Source of the DNA: Candidatus Paralachnospira caecorum
Lineage (GTDB): Bacteria; Bacillota; Clostridia; Lachnospirales; Lachnospiraceae
Direction: 5' to 3'
Assembly: GCA_904379015.1 (NCBI GenBank)
Contig: CAJFHG010000012.1
Span: 40-64,039 of the forward strand
DNA: 64,000 bases
In this document: one piece after another, positions 54,118-63,935 of the stretch
How the letters are laid out: each line of letters starts with the position of its first letter
How positions within the stretch are numbered: the stretch's first letter is position 1
The notes under the pieces: generated by a model
Told to the model about the DNA's origin: nothing
The model's database searches: none
What the model saw: only the letters and a program-made list of their open reading frames with translations
Position numbers and translations under genes: made by a program

Positions 54118-55668
54118 GTGAAGGCGCCAGGTACAATCAGAAAGGGTTCAGAAAATGAAATCAGGTATCGCATTCTTGTCTGTGAATTTCACCAGGAGAC
54201 CAACACGTTTAATCCGCTGAACAGCGGAATCGAGCAGTTTGAAGCGATCCGTTATCTGAAAGATGAAGCGTTTTTTGATGTGTGCAGGGAACTGCCCTGC
54301 GCAGTTCATGGAATGATCGATGCGATAGAAGAGGAAGGGTGCACTGCGGTGCCCACGATCGATCTGTGTGCCCAGTCCTGCGGGCGGGTCCGGGACGACG
54401 TGTTTGAACTGCTGCTGCGGAGTATGGAGGATTATATACAGGCAGCGGGAGAGTTTGATGCCGTGTTTGCCTCACTTCACGGAGCGACCTCAACAGAGAG
54501 TCAAGATGACGCCTGCGGTGTCTTTGTGGAAAAACTGCGCGCGCTGATCGGGGAGGAAAAGGTGATAGCAGCGTCTTTTGACCTGCACGCGAATATTACA
54601 GAAAGGATGCTGAAGAATGCGGATATCATCTGCGGTTATCAGACATATCCTCATGTGGATTTTTATGAGACGGGATATCGGGCGGCAAAGCTTGGGCTCA
54701 GAAAGCTGCGGAAAGAACCGGCAGCGGTGGCCTCTACTCTGATTCCCATGATGGTGCCGCCGGTGGGCTATACATCGCTTCTTCCGCCTTTTAAGGATGT
54801 GATCGATTATGGGAAATCTCTGGTGGAAGAAGGAAAGCTGCTGGATTTTACACTGTTTCAGGTACAGCCATGGCTGGATATCAGCGAGATCGCGAGCTGC
54901 ATCATTGCCATTGGAACAGAGGAAGAACAGGCGGAGCAATATGCGCTGGAACTGGGAAAACGTCTGTTTGAAAACCGGGAAGGGTACTGGCCGGAGCTTA
55001 CGACCATTGACGCGGTCATAGACAGGGCTGAAATGCCGGAATCCCAGAAGCCGGTCATCCTGGTGGATTCAGCCGATTCTCCCAACGGAGGAGCCGTCGG
55101 GGACAGCATTGCGGCGGCCATGCGTATTTATGAGCGGAAATCGAAGATCAGGGCAGGGATGTTTGTAAAGGATCCGGAAGTAGTCCGGCAGGCTTTTGAA
55201 GTCGGTGTCGGAGGAACGGCCCGGTTTTCCATAGGAGCCAAATTTACGCCCGGAATGCCGGGACCGCTGGTGGCGGATGCCCGCGTCAGATCGCTCCATG
55301 ACGGGGTATTCTGTCAGGAGGGACCGGCAGGCAGAGGAATCTGCAATAATATTGGCCGGACGGCGGTGATTTCTGTGGGCAATATGGACATTATGGTCTG
55401 CGAAGAGCCGGCATCGTCTGGAGATCCTCAGCTTCTGCGTCATTTCGGAATTGAACCCAGCATGTATGACATGATCGTGGTAAAGGCCAATACTTCTTAT
55501 CGTGTGCCCTACAGCCATTTTGCCACAGAATTTTATGAGACCGATACGCCTGGCGCGGGCGCTGCCAATCTGAAGCGGTTTGACTGGAAGCATATACCGG
55601 AGAGTATGTATCCCTTTGATGAGCTGGAAGGCTATGAAGTAGAGCCGGCCAGGATACGCCGGAGGTGA
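54118..55668 (+). CDS. M81-family (MlrC-like) metallo-amidohydrolase
   Basis: HQETNTF, SLHGA, SFDLHANIT, YQTYPHVD, VDSADSPNGG, VVKA motifs. Confidence 0.85.
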   Translation: MKAPGTIRKGSENEIRYRILVCEFHQETNTFNPLNSGIEQFEAIRYLKDEAFFDVCRELPCAVHGMIDAIEEEGCTAVPTIDLCAQSCGRVRDDVFELLLRSMEDYIQAAGEFDAVFASLHGATSTESQDDACGVFVEKLRALIGEEKVIAASFDLHANITERMLKNADIICGYQTYPHVDFYETGYRAAKLGLRKLRKEPAAVASTLIPMMVPPVGYTSLLPPFKDVIDYGKSLVEEGKLLDFTLFQVQPWLDISEIASCIIAIGTEEEQAEQYALELGKRLFENREGYWPELTTIDAVIDRAEMPESQKPVILVDSADSPNGGAVGDSIAAAMRIYERKSKIRAGMFVKDPEVVRQAFEVGVGGTARFSIGAKFTPGMPGPLVADARVRSLHDGVFCQEGPAGRGICNNIGRTAVISVGNMDIMVCEEPASSGDPQLLRHFGIEPSMYDMIVVKANTSYRVPYSHFATEFYETDTPGAGAANLKRFDWKHIPESMYPFDELEGYEVEPARIRRR

Positions 55669-55677
55669 GGGGAAATC

Positions 55678-57099
55678 ATGGATGACAGGAGCAGGAGTAT
55701 GCAGTATTTCCGGGAGCACAGAAAAGAAATATTGACAGATCTGGACAGCCTCGTCAGAATTCCCAGTGTGGCGGCTGATTCCGGAGTGCCGGGTATGCCC
55801 TACGGCAGGGAAGCCAGGATGGTTCTTGCTGAGGCGGAAAAAATCGCCGGCAGGCTGGGGTTTTTTACGGTCATCCACGATGATGCGTGCCTGACGGCAG
55901 AACCTGCAGCGGGGAGAGATGCAAAGCTGTGCCTTCTGGCCCATCTTGATGTGGTGGAGGCGGGAGAAGGATGGACGAAGCCGCCTTATGAACTGACCGA
56001 GGAGAACGGAAAAATATTTGGCCGGGGAATCGTGGATAACAAAGGCCCTGCGGTGATGCTGCTTCATGCCATGAAAGCGGCAATGGAAATTTGTCCGGAC
56101 CTGCCGTACAGCCCCAGGATCTGGCTCGGAACCGCGGAGGAAATCGGAAGTCCCGATCTGAAGATTTATCAGAAGAAAACAAAACTGCCTCCGCTCTGCC
56201 TGACACCGGACAGTCTGGAACCGGTCGTGATCGGGGAGTGCGCGAAGCACAGGCCGGAATTTTATGTCCGCTGGAAACAGAACAGTACGGTTCCGAGCGT
56301 ATCTGCTCTGGAAGGAGGACGGGTGCGCAATGCGGTTCCCGGTTTTGCCCGGGCCCGGGTTGACGGAATCGATCAGAAAATCGCAGAGGATGCGGCAGCG
56401 CAGGCACAGAGACAGTACGGAGCGGGCTTTACTGTCGAGAAAACGGCGGACGGGGAAGGCGTCGATATCCGGACGGTCGGACGCGGAGCCCATATCGGGT
56501 GGCCGGAGAAGGGCGTCAATGCGCAGACTGCGCTGATTGGAATGCTGGCCCGGCTTCCGCTGGCGGACTGTCCTCAGACAAGGGCTGTGCAGGCGCTTGA
56601 CAGGCTTTTTCCTCATGGTGATCTGACTGGAAGAAGGCTGGGGCTTGATCTTCATGATGACACCGGGCGCGGCAGCAGCGTAAATTTCACCGTCTGTCAT
56701 ATGACAGAAACAGAAATCCGGTGTAAGCTGGATGCGCGGGGACCGCTGAACGCTTCGCCGGCAAATTTTCAGAAGATAATCGACCATGCGCTGGAAGCGG
56801 CAGGATTTCAGGTCGTTCCGTCCGAGATGGAGCCGGCCCATTATACGCATGAGACTGTTCCCCTGGTGCAGACAGTTAAAAAGGTTTATGAACAGTATCT
56901 TGGATGTCCGGTAACGTGCCGGACCAGTCTTGGCGCCAGTTATGCTTATTATATTGCCGGAGCAGTTTCCACAGGCCCGGCTTTTCCCGGCACAGATACC
57001 AGGCTTCACAGGACAGACGAGTTCATGTATATTTCAGATCTGATGCGTCTTGGCGAGATTTATACAGAACTCATCTTAAAACTGTGTGACCGGGACTGA
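55678..57099 (+). CDS. M20-family (PepV/Sapep-like) dipeptidase/amidohydrolase
   Basis: LVRIPSV, AHLDVV, GRGIVDNKGP, AEEIGS, LHRTDE. Confidence 0.85.
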   Translation: MDDRSRSMQYFREHRKEILTDLDSLVRIPSVAADSGVPGMPYGREARMVLAEAEKIAGRLGFFTVIHDDACLTAEPAAGRDAKLCLLAHLDVVEAGEGWTKPPYELTEENGKIFGRGIVDNKGPAVMLLHAMKAAMEICPDLPYSPRIWLGTAEEIGSPDLKIYQKKTKLPPLCLTPDSLEPVVIGECAKHRPEFYVRWKQNSTVPSVSALEGGRVRNAVPGFARARVDGIDQKIAEDAAAQAQRQYGAGFTVEKTADGEGVDIRTVGRGAHIGWPEKGVNAQTALIGMLARLPLADCPQTRAVQALDRLFPHGDLTGRRLGLDLHDDTGRGSSVNFTVCHMTETEIRCKLDARGPLNASPANFQKIIDHALEAAGFQVVPSEMEPAHYTHETVPLVQTVKKVYEQYLGCPVTCRTSLGASYAYYIAGAVSTGPAFPGTDTRLHRTDEFMYISDLMRLGEIYTELILKLCDRD

Positions 57100-57181
57100 A
57101 AGGCAGGTTGGAAAATGGAACCGTTTATGGTAGAATAAAAGAAATGCCGGAATCAGACAGGCAGAGAGGAGATGGCAGACG

Positions 57182-57472
57182 ATGAGAAAGAAAACATATC
57201 GTTTTACAGCAGCATGGCTGTGCCTGCTCCTGCTTTTCTGTTTTGGCGCGGCGGCCTGCAGCAGCAGGGAAAAATCGGCGCTGATCGAGGGGGATTATAC
57301 AGAAATTGATATGGAAAATGAGGGCGTCACGGAGCTGTATACAGAGGAAAATACGGAACCTCTGACAGAGGAGCATACAGAAGAGCCGGAAGACGCATCT
57401 GATTTGTCCGGGAAAGAGGAAAGCACCGGTCTGCCGGAGGATTTTACCATGTGGAGCGAAGACGCGGAATGA
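57182..57472 (+). CDS. Small acidic lipoprotein, hypothetical
   Basis: Basic N-terminus, hydrophobic stretch, AAAC lipobox, Glu-rich body; GGAG RBS. Confidence 0.6.
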   Translation: MRKKTYRFTAAWLCLLLLFCFGAAACSSREKSALIEGDYTEIDMENEGVTELYTEENTEPLTEEHTEEPEDASDLSGKEESTGLPEDFTMWSEDAE

Positions 57473-57529
57473 CAGGGGAGAAAAACGGAAAAGCAGAATT
57501 CAGATTCTGAGGAGAACGAACGGAATAAT

Positions 57530-57578
57530 GGGCGTGTCGCATGCGGGAGGCATTCTCCTGTGTGACACGCTCTTTTTT
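57530..57578 (+). terminator. Probable intrinsic terminator
   Basis: GCGTGTCGCA...TGTGACACGC followed by TCTTTTTT. Confidence 0.5.
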
Positions 57579-57809
57579 CGCCGGAAATATTCTGATTTGT
57601 GGGATTGATCCGGCTGGTCCGTGTGCAAAAGTCCTGGACTTTGAAAAACGATTCTGATAGTATTAACTACATATTGTACAGATCGGGACATTTTCGGACG
57701 ATGCGCGGCCGGCTCGCGGGAAGGCAGGTCTGCGCAGGACAGACAGGGGCCGCGCGGTGCCGGACAAAAGGCGTTCTGACGGGACTGATAAAAGGGAGAG
57801 AAGTATGAC

Positions 57810-59321
57810 ATGTATGAGATTATGAGTTCGGATGAGGCAATCCGCCTGATCCGGGATGGAGATTGTATCTGCGTAAATTCATTTGTCGGCATCGAGAATC
57901 CGGTGGAGCTGCATGAGGCCATTTACCGGAGGTATCAGAGGATGCAGTCTCCGAGGCATCTGACGGTGATTTCCAGCGCCGGGTTCGGCGTGTGGGATGA
58001 GGAGCGCAATGCGGAAGGCTATATTCGGGAAGGCGCGGTGGACCGGCTGATCTGCGGTCATTTCGGAGCGATGCTGAGTACGAAAAAGCTGGTGCTGGAG
58101 GATCGGTTCGAGGCGTATAATCTGCCGCTGGGCTGTATTTCCCACGCGATCCGCGCCCAGGCCGGTGGGCTTCCGGGAGCCCTTTCCAAGGTGGGACTGG
58201 ACATTTTTGTGGATCCCAGGCGGGAAGGACCCGGCATCAACCGGATTTCCATAGACGATTCCCTGGTCAGGTATGTGGAGGTGGACGGGGAAGAATTCCT
58301 CTACTATAAGCTTCCGAAGATCACGGTGGCGCTGATCAAGGGGACCGCGGCGGACCGAAAGGGAAATATTTCCTTTGATGATATGTTCATGTCGGGGGAT
58401 GCCCTGTCCATCTGTCAGGCCGTCAAGGCAAACCACGGCAAGGTGATCGTACAGGTGGACCGGCTGGTCAACACTCCGTCCCGCCCCAGAAACGCGATCA
58501 TTCCCGGCTGTCTTGTGGATGCGATCGTGGTGGCGGAACCGGAGGAGCGGAATGAAGCCTACGCGGCTTTGACCGGCAGTTTTGAGATCCCTTATGAGGA
58601 CTGGAGCATGTGGAATGAGAAGATTGACACGGCTTCCGCGAGACAGTCCAAAAACAGCGCCGTGGGCAATATCATCGGCCGGAGAGCGGCAAAGGAGCTG
58701 CGGGTGGATGATATCGTCAACATTGGGATCGGAATTCCGGAGGTGGTTTCCAGACACGCGCGGAAAAACGGAATGCTGGACATGGTCACGCTTACGGTTG
58801 AATCCGGAGGAATCGGAGGATTCCCGGTTTCCGGGGAAGCCTTCGGCGCGATGATCGGCGCTTCTTCTGTTTATGATATGGCTAATCAGTTCGACCTTTA
58901 CGACAACGGCGGTCTGGATATCTGCTTTATGGGGGCGCTGGAGGTCGACAAAGAGGGAAATGTGAATGCTCACCGGGGGACGGGAGCCTTTGCCGGGATC
59001 GGAGGTTTTGCCAATATTACGGCAAAGACGCCGACGGTCGTTTTCTGTATGACATTCAACACGAAAGGGCTGGAGGTTTCACAGAAAAAAGGGGTTGTGA
59101 CGATCCATCAGGAGGGAACAGTCCCGAAATTTGTGGATCAGGTGAGAAGCGTCAGCTTTTCGGCGAAGCGGGCCATCGCGAACGGGCAGAAGGTGCTTTA
59201 TGTGACGGAGCGCTGCGTGTTCCGGCTGACGCCGAAGGGACTGAAGCTGATTGAGGTATATCCGGGTGTGGACATGGAAAAGGATATTCTGGCCCGGCTT
59301 CCCTTTGAAGTGGAGCTGTAA
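57810..59321 (+). CDS. Acyl-CoA:acetate/propionate CoA-transferase (fused, YdiF/Pct-like)
   Basis: ICGHFG, YNLPLG, GTAADRKGNIS, VNIGIGIPE, TVESGGIGG (catalytic Glu), GGFANIT, YVTERCVF. Confidence 0.88.
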   Translation: MYEIMSSDEAIRLIRDGDCICVNSFVGIENPVELHEAIYRRYQRMQSPRHLTVISSAGFGVWDEERNAEGYIREGAVDRLICGHFGAMLSTKKLVLEDRFEAYNLPLGCISHAIRAQAGGLPGALSKVGLDIFVDPRREGPGINRISIDDSLVRYVEVDGEEFLYYKLPKITVALIKGTAADRKGNISFDDMFMSGDALSICQAVKANHGKVIVQVDRLVNTPSRPRNAIIPGCLVDAIVVAEPEERNEAYAALTGSFEIPYEDWSMWNEKIDTASARQSKNSAVGNIIGRRAAKELRVDDIVNIGIGIPEVVSRHARKNGMLDMVTLTVESGGIGGFPVSGEAFGAMIGASSVYDMANQFDLYDNGGLDICFMGALEVDKEGNVNAHRGTGAFAGIGGFANITAKTPTVVFCMTFNTKGLEVSQKKGVVTIHQEGTVPKFVDQVRSVSFSAKRAIANGQKVLYVTERCVFRLTPKGLKLIEVYPGVDMEKDILARLPFEVEL

Positions 59322-59415
59322 GGCCGGAGAGATCCTGGAGAGCCAGAAGCGTTTTCCTTGAATACACTTTTTGCGTCCTGCATAAGATGTAAAAAAGTGT
59401 ATGGGGAGAATATCC

Positions 59416-59547
59416 TTGAAAGATTATATAGAGGAAAGGGCAGTTGAAATTGCGAACTATATCATCGAGGAAAACGCCACAGTCAGACAGACGGCAAAGC
59501 AGTTTGGAATCAGCAAGAGCACAGTACATATAGAAGTAATAATATAG
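59416..59547 (+). pseudogene. spoIIID: 5' half of sporulation regulator SpoIIID, truncated after KSTVH
   Basis: GGGGAG RBS and TTG start; translation MKDYIEERAVEIANYIIEENATVRQTAKQFGISKSTVH-IEVII*. Intact SpoIIID continues KD(V/L)TERL to ~85-90 aa. The ORF is below the size cutoff of the supplied track. Confidence 0.85.
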
Positions 59548-59582
59548 AACGGTTTGTATGGATGGTGAGATAAAGAAATAAT

Positions 59583-59607
59583 GCCGGTCAGTAGACCGGC
59601 TATTTTT
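59583..59607 (+). terminator. Intrinsic terminator just inside the junction
   Basis: GCCGGTC-agta-GACCGGC followed by TATTTTT. Confidence 0.6.
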
Positions 59608-59731
59608 GTAAAAAGAAAACTTGCTAAATTAGAGATAATATTAAATAATAGAAATTAGAAACTGTCAGACCTTATGGCAGGAGAAATTGTGACTGAATAT
59701 TAGATGATTGGGAATCAAAAGGAAAAGAACG

Positions 59732-60091
59732 ATGTCTGAATGGAAGAATGTTACGGATACTTTTTCAGAGGCGCAAAGACGTTATAACGGTAAATATCTG
59801 GAAATTGATGAAGTGTATGATGATGTGGTTGAAGTCAGTGTGTTTTCAGCGTTGGATGAGCCATATGAAATATATTTCAATTATGATATATTTTTTGGAA
59901 TTGTATATGCTGAAATAGAAAATGTTTATGAAATCCGAGATGAAATGAAGCGGGAGCTGCAGGCAGAATACGAAAAGCATAAAAACGTAACAGATGAATT
60001 TATAAATATGTTTTCTGAAAAATATGGTGTAAGTATGCCGGGAGATATTTTTTCTAATTTTGATCTTTCAACATTTTTTAGTGGAATATAG
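59732..60091 (+). CDS. Hypothetical acidic protein
   Basis: AT-rich ORF with an AAGGA RBS; no recognised motif. Confidence 0.55.
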   Translation: MSEWKNVTDTFSEAQRRYNGKYLEIDEVYDDVVEVSVFSALDEPYEIYFNYDIFFGIVYAEIENVYEIRDEMKRELQAEYEKHKNVTDEFINMFSEKYGVSMPGDIFSNFDLSTFFSGI

Positions 60092-60153
60092 CACAAAGGT
60101 TGAGAGCTGAAGCAGATGGGAAGCAGAATGAAATAAACGGAGGATTTTTAATT

Positions 60154-62118
60154 ATGATTACAACTGAAGAAGCTGAAAGAATAGACGGAGAATTTGCGGA
60201 AGCATTTGCTATAGAGACTGTCAGTACCAGACAGGCTGCCGATAAAATGTATGACGCGTGGCAGAACCTGTATTCTATAATGGAGCGGGAAAATAATTAC
60301 TCGGATAAACTGGGGAGCGCTATCCTGGACTGGCAGATTGGGAACTGGGCGAATGACGTTACTATGGCGCTTCATAATGCCGGATTATATAAAGAGTGTA
60401 TTGAAGTAAACAGGCAGATACTTAAAATTTCATGGAGTCATGACAAAGATTTGTTTTATGAAAATGCCAGGAGAGATATTGCAGACGAATACAGTGACAG
60501 AGGGGATGTACGAACGTGCTTGCGGCTGTATGAAGAATATCTGAATGATGATCCCCAATGGGGATGGGGATGGATCGGGTATTTCCGGCAGTTAAATGAC
60601 CATGATGATATCAGATATGAGCAGGTTCTAAATGAACTGTATGAGAAAGTAAGATCAGGTGTGGAGTTCCGTGATAAGGAGGATCTGTATCGGGAACTTG
60701 GCGATGAATATAATACGTTGGGTAATCAGGAACGGGCAGATTTCTTTTATGGTCTGGAAGACAACGAGGAAGCGATAAGACAGAAAAATATGCTTGCGAA
60801 TACAGTTTCTACGAGTGAAACAGAGAAAGCAATCGCAAGGATTACATACAGAAGTCAGAGATTCCCAAAAGAAGCATTCCGGGTGATAACAGAGAATGAA
60901 GAAACGGCAAAACCGTATCTGAGAGAAGCGCTGGAAAAAGCGATACGGGAAAAAACGGATCTGGACAGTGACTATCAGCTGCATTTTTATGCATTGTTTC
61001 TGTTGGGGCAGTTTCAGGACAAAGAAGCATTTCCCCAAATTACAGAACTTGTATCCCTCCCGCCGGAGGTTGTCGACTATCTGATCGGAGATGCTGTTAC
61101 ATCAGGATTGTCAGATATCCTGTACAATACATACGATGGAGATCTGAATCAGTTAAAACAGATGATTGCGGATATAAAAATCGATGAGTATGTCAGGGCG
61201 GATGTGCTGGATGTAATGGGACAGCTGTATCTGGATGGGAAAATCCCGGAAACAGACTGGAAAAGTTTTCTCTCACAGAAAATTCACGGGGCACAGGGAT
61301 ATGATCACATTTATAACAGAATAGCAGATCTGATCTGCAGATGTCATTTTGTCGATATGCTTCCGGAGATCCGCTATATGTTTGATCATGATCTGATGGA
61401 CGAGGGATATCTGGGAAAATATGATTCGTGCGTGGATCTTATGTTTGAATACAGTGAGGAAGAAGAGCCGTTTTGTGCGAAATCCATGGACGCTGCTGAA
61501 TGCCTTAAGTCGTGGGCAATGTTTACAGACAGCAATACGAAAAATCCGGATATGAGTGAGAAAGACCTGGAAAAAATGTTCAGGGCAATGGAAATAGCCG
61601 TGAATCCTCCGATCCGGAAAAAGAAAATCGGGAGAAATGATCCCTGCCCCTGTGGAAGCGGAAAGAAGTACAAATTCTGTTGTATGAATAAGCCAAAAGA
61701 GCCTCTTGATGAGATTGAAACGCCTGAAGAACGGCGCAGATGGCTGGAAAGATATCCGGTTGTGGGCGATGAGCGGAAACCGGAAAGGGTATATCTGGAT
61801 GATTATTATGACAGGGAAAGCATTGAAACAGATAAAATCCTGTATCTTGGCTTGATGCACCGCCCGGGGCTGATCTGGAATCGGGATGAGCAAAAAGAAA
61901 ACCGCCGTACAAAAGAATATCTCTATCTGGCATTTCAGAGGACAGTTGAAATGGCGAACCGAGAAAGAGTGACATCACTGGCAGAGTTTGATAAAAAGCA
62001 CAGTATCCATTACCGGTGCGAAGAGTGGATTAACAGATTTTTAGAACTGTTGAAAGATGCCGGTGATCAGGCGATGTATAAAGAAGTTAATAATTGGACA
62101 AAAACGATGAAGAAGTAA
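60154..62118 (+). CDS. DUF1186-like helical protein with SEC-C zinc-binding motif
   Basis: YALFLLGQF.DKEAFP...GDAVT...EYVR central domain; KKIGRNDPCPCGSGKKYKFCC. Confidence 0.8.
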   Translation: MITTEEAERIDGEFAEAFAIETVSTRQAADKMYDAWQNLYSIMERENNYSDKLGSAILDWQIGNWANDVTMALHNAGLYKECIEVNRQILKISWSHDKDLFYENARRDIADEYSDRGDVRTCLRLYEEYLNDDPQWGWGWIGYFRQLNDHDDIRYEQVLNELYEKVRSGVEFRDKEDLYRELGDEYNTLGNQERADFFYGLEDNEEAIRQKNMLANTVSTSETEKAIARITYRSQRFPKEAFRVITENEETAKPYLREALEKAIREKTDLDSDYQLHFYALFLLGQFQDKEAFPQITELVSLPPEVVDYLIGDAVTSGLSDILYNTYDGDLNQLKQMIADIKIDEYVRADVLDVMGQLYLDGKIPETDWKSFLSQKIHGAQGYDHIYNRIADLICRCHFVDMLPEIRYMFDHDLMDEGYLGKYDSCVDLMFEYSEEEEPFCAKSMDAAECLKSWAMFTDSNTKNPDMSEKDLEKMFRAMEIAVNPPIRKKKIGRNDPCPCGSGKKYKFCCMNKPKEPLDEIETPEERRRWLERYPVVGDERKPERVYLDDYYDRESIETDKILYLGLMHRPGLIWNRDEQKENRRTKEYLYLAFQRTVEMANRERVTSLAEFDKKHSIHYRCEEWINRFLELLKDAGDQAMYKEVNNWTKTMKK

Positions 62119-62132
62119 GGCGGTGGAAAGAG

Positions 62133-63296
62133 ATGTATCTTCAATGCACAAAAAAGATGCTCGATAAAATGGATATGCAAAGAATGGAAATGATTCCGGC
62201 GGGTGCGTGTGATGACGGGGCAGACGGATTCTATTCATGGCATGTAAATTATATTACGATCAATCGGCGGAAAGCAATCGTGTGTATGAATAATCTGACG
62301 AGGTATCCGATCGTCCTGTACCGTCCCAAAGCAAAGGATATCACACGACTGGGAGAACGGATAAAAGAAGGGATCCGGGAAGCATTTCGGGAGGAAGGAA
62401 TAGCAGAGAGCATTACTGAGGACTATCTGCGAAATTGCGGCAGTGTGATATACTCCAAAACAGCGGGGAGAAGTCTTGTGGCAAGTTTAAACAAGACATG
62501 CGAGACAGTGGGGTATTATATGGATCTCCTGGATGAAGAATCTGTGATACAGAAAAGGATCAGTCTGTCGCTGGGACACTATCTCGTAAAGGTTGGAGAG
62601 AAGTATGAGTATCCTTCGGAGAAATTATTTCAGAGGCTTTGCCTGATGGAAGGAATGCCGGAAGAAAACTGGGAACAGGTACTTCAGATTGAGAATTATC
62701 AGTTGAAAATAAAGCTGATGATTGACGGGTATGATATCTGGCGCCGTATTCTGATTCCGTCCAGATGCACATTCAAACAGCTTCACCGGGTTATACAGGA
62801 AACTTTCGGCTGGTTTGATTATCATCTCCATGAGTTTACTGTACTAGACGAAACGTATATTCCGGAAGAGCATACCCCATTATATGCATGGCCGATAAAA
62901 ATCAGGATTGTCGATGGAGAAGACCCGGAAGCGGAAGAGTATCTGGAACCGGATCAGTATGAAGTGAAATACGATAACCGAACAAGTCTGAGAGAAATTT
63001 TCAGTGATATGGAACGATGTCTCTATACATATGATTTTGGAGATAACTGGGAACATGAGATTCTGCTGGAAAAAGTGATAAAGGACAGCCATAACCGTTT
63101 TCCGGTCCTGCTGGAACGTGAAGGAGAAAGACCGCCGGAAGATGTAGGGGGACCGACTGGATTCAAGGAGTATCTACGTGTCATTTCTGATCCTGAATCT
63201 CCGGAATATGAGTCCATGGCTGCATGGTCGGAAATAACAAAAGCAAAAAAGAGAACCGTAGAGGAGATCAACCGAAGTCTGCGGTATTATCACTGA
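62133..63296 (+). CDS. Plasmid pRiA4b ORF-3 family protein with an N-terminal extra domain
   Basis: IWRRILIP...TFKQLHRVIQ..FGW.DYHLHEF...YTYDFGDNWEH...PPEDVGG..G. Confidence 0.85.
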   Translation: MYLQCTKKMLDKMDMQRMEMIPAGACDDGADGFYSWHVNYITINRRKAIVCMNNLTRYPIVLYRPKAKDITRLGERIKEGIREAFREEGIAESITEDYLRNCGSVIYSKTAGRSLVASLNKTCETVGYYMDLLDEESVIQKRISLSLGHYLVKVGEKYEYPSEKLFQRLCLMEGMPEENWEQVLQIENYQLKIKLMIDGYDIWRRILIPSRCTFKQLHRVIQETFGWFDYHLHEFTVLDETYIPEEHTPLYAWPIKIRIVDGEDPEAEEYLEPDQYEVKYDNRTSLREIFSDMERCLYTYDFGDNWEHEILLEKVIKDSHNRFPVLLEREGERPPEDVGGPTGFKEYLRVISDPESPEYESMAAWSEITKAKKRTVEEINRSLRYYH

Positions 63297-63358
63297 GACG
63301 AGGATAGAGATCACGGAAAAATCTTGAAAAATAGATGTATGAGGAAAAGGAGAATAAC

Positions 63359-63868
63359 ATGATTGCACCGAGGAAGATAAAATTTGAAGCGAAGAAAAAA
63401 AGAGATGAAAATTATGAATTTCGCATTTTCTTAAAAGGGAATGCAGATGATAAGGAACTGGATGAGCAGTTCCACAGACTGCATAGAGAGCTCTTTGCCG
63501 GATATGACTGCAGCCGATGCAGAAACTGCTGCAAGATGTATCGCGGGAGTATTCCGGAAGAAGATCTTGCACGGGATGCAGAGCATATGAGGCTTACAAA
63601 TGAGCAGTTTATTGAAAGATATCTGGGAAAAAAGGATGGAGAAAACAGATACCAGACAAAAAACATTCCTTGTGATTTCCTCGGTGAGGATGGAAACTGC
63701 CGATTGGGCGACTGCAGGCCGGAAAGCTGTAAGAAATATCCATATACGGATCAGCCGGACAGATGGGCGAGCCTTTACAGTGTGCTGGATGTGATCGAAG
63801 TTTGTCCGGTTGCATTCGAAATCTACGAGAGACTGAAAAAAGAATATGGGTGGAGATACAGGAGATGA
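63359..63868 (+). CDS. YkgJ-family Fe-S/zinc-chelating cysteine cluster protein
   Basis: CSRCRNCC...PCDFL...C...RPESCKKYP. Confidence 0.8.
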   Translation: MIAPRKIKFEAKKKRDENYEFRIFLKGNADDKELDEQFHRLHRELFAGYDCSRCRNCCKMYRGSIPEEDLARDAEHMRLTNEQFIERYLGKKDGENRYQTKNIPCDFLGEDGNCRLGDCRPESCKKYPYTDQPDRWASLYSVLDVIEVCPVAFEIYERLKKEYGWRYRR

Positions 63869-63935
63869 CCTTTCCTCGCAAGGAAAGAATGAGATAATCT
63901 TTTTATAAATACAACAAAGGTGTTGAAGGATAATC

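Noticed and set aside
54118-54190. Possible frameshift at the MlrC start (an out-of-frame ATG AAA at 54155 just before YRILV)
   Set aside because: An in-frame GTG with a plausible RBS at 54118 gives an open frame, so there is not enough evidence for a frameshift or pseudogene.
1-59400. Very frequent TCCGGA, CCGG and GGATCC palindromes (e.g. CCGGTCCGGACCGG near 21177)
   Set aside because: They are spread through coding sequence (Pro/Gly/Ser/Asp codon pairs) as a genome-wide bias, not a discrete REP-like element.
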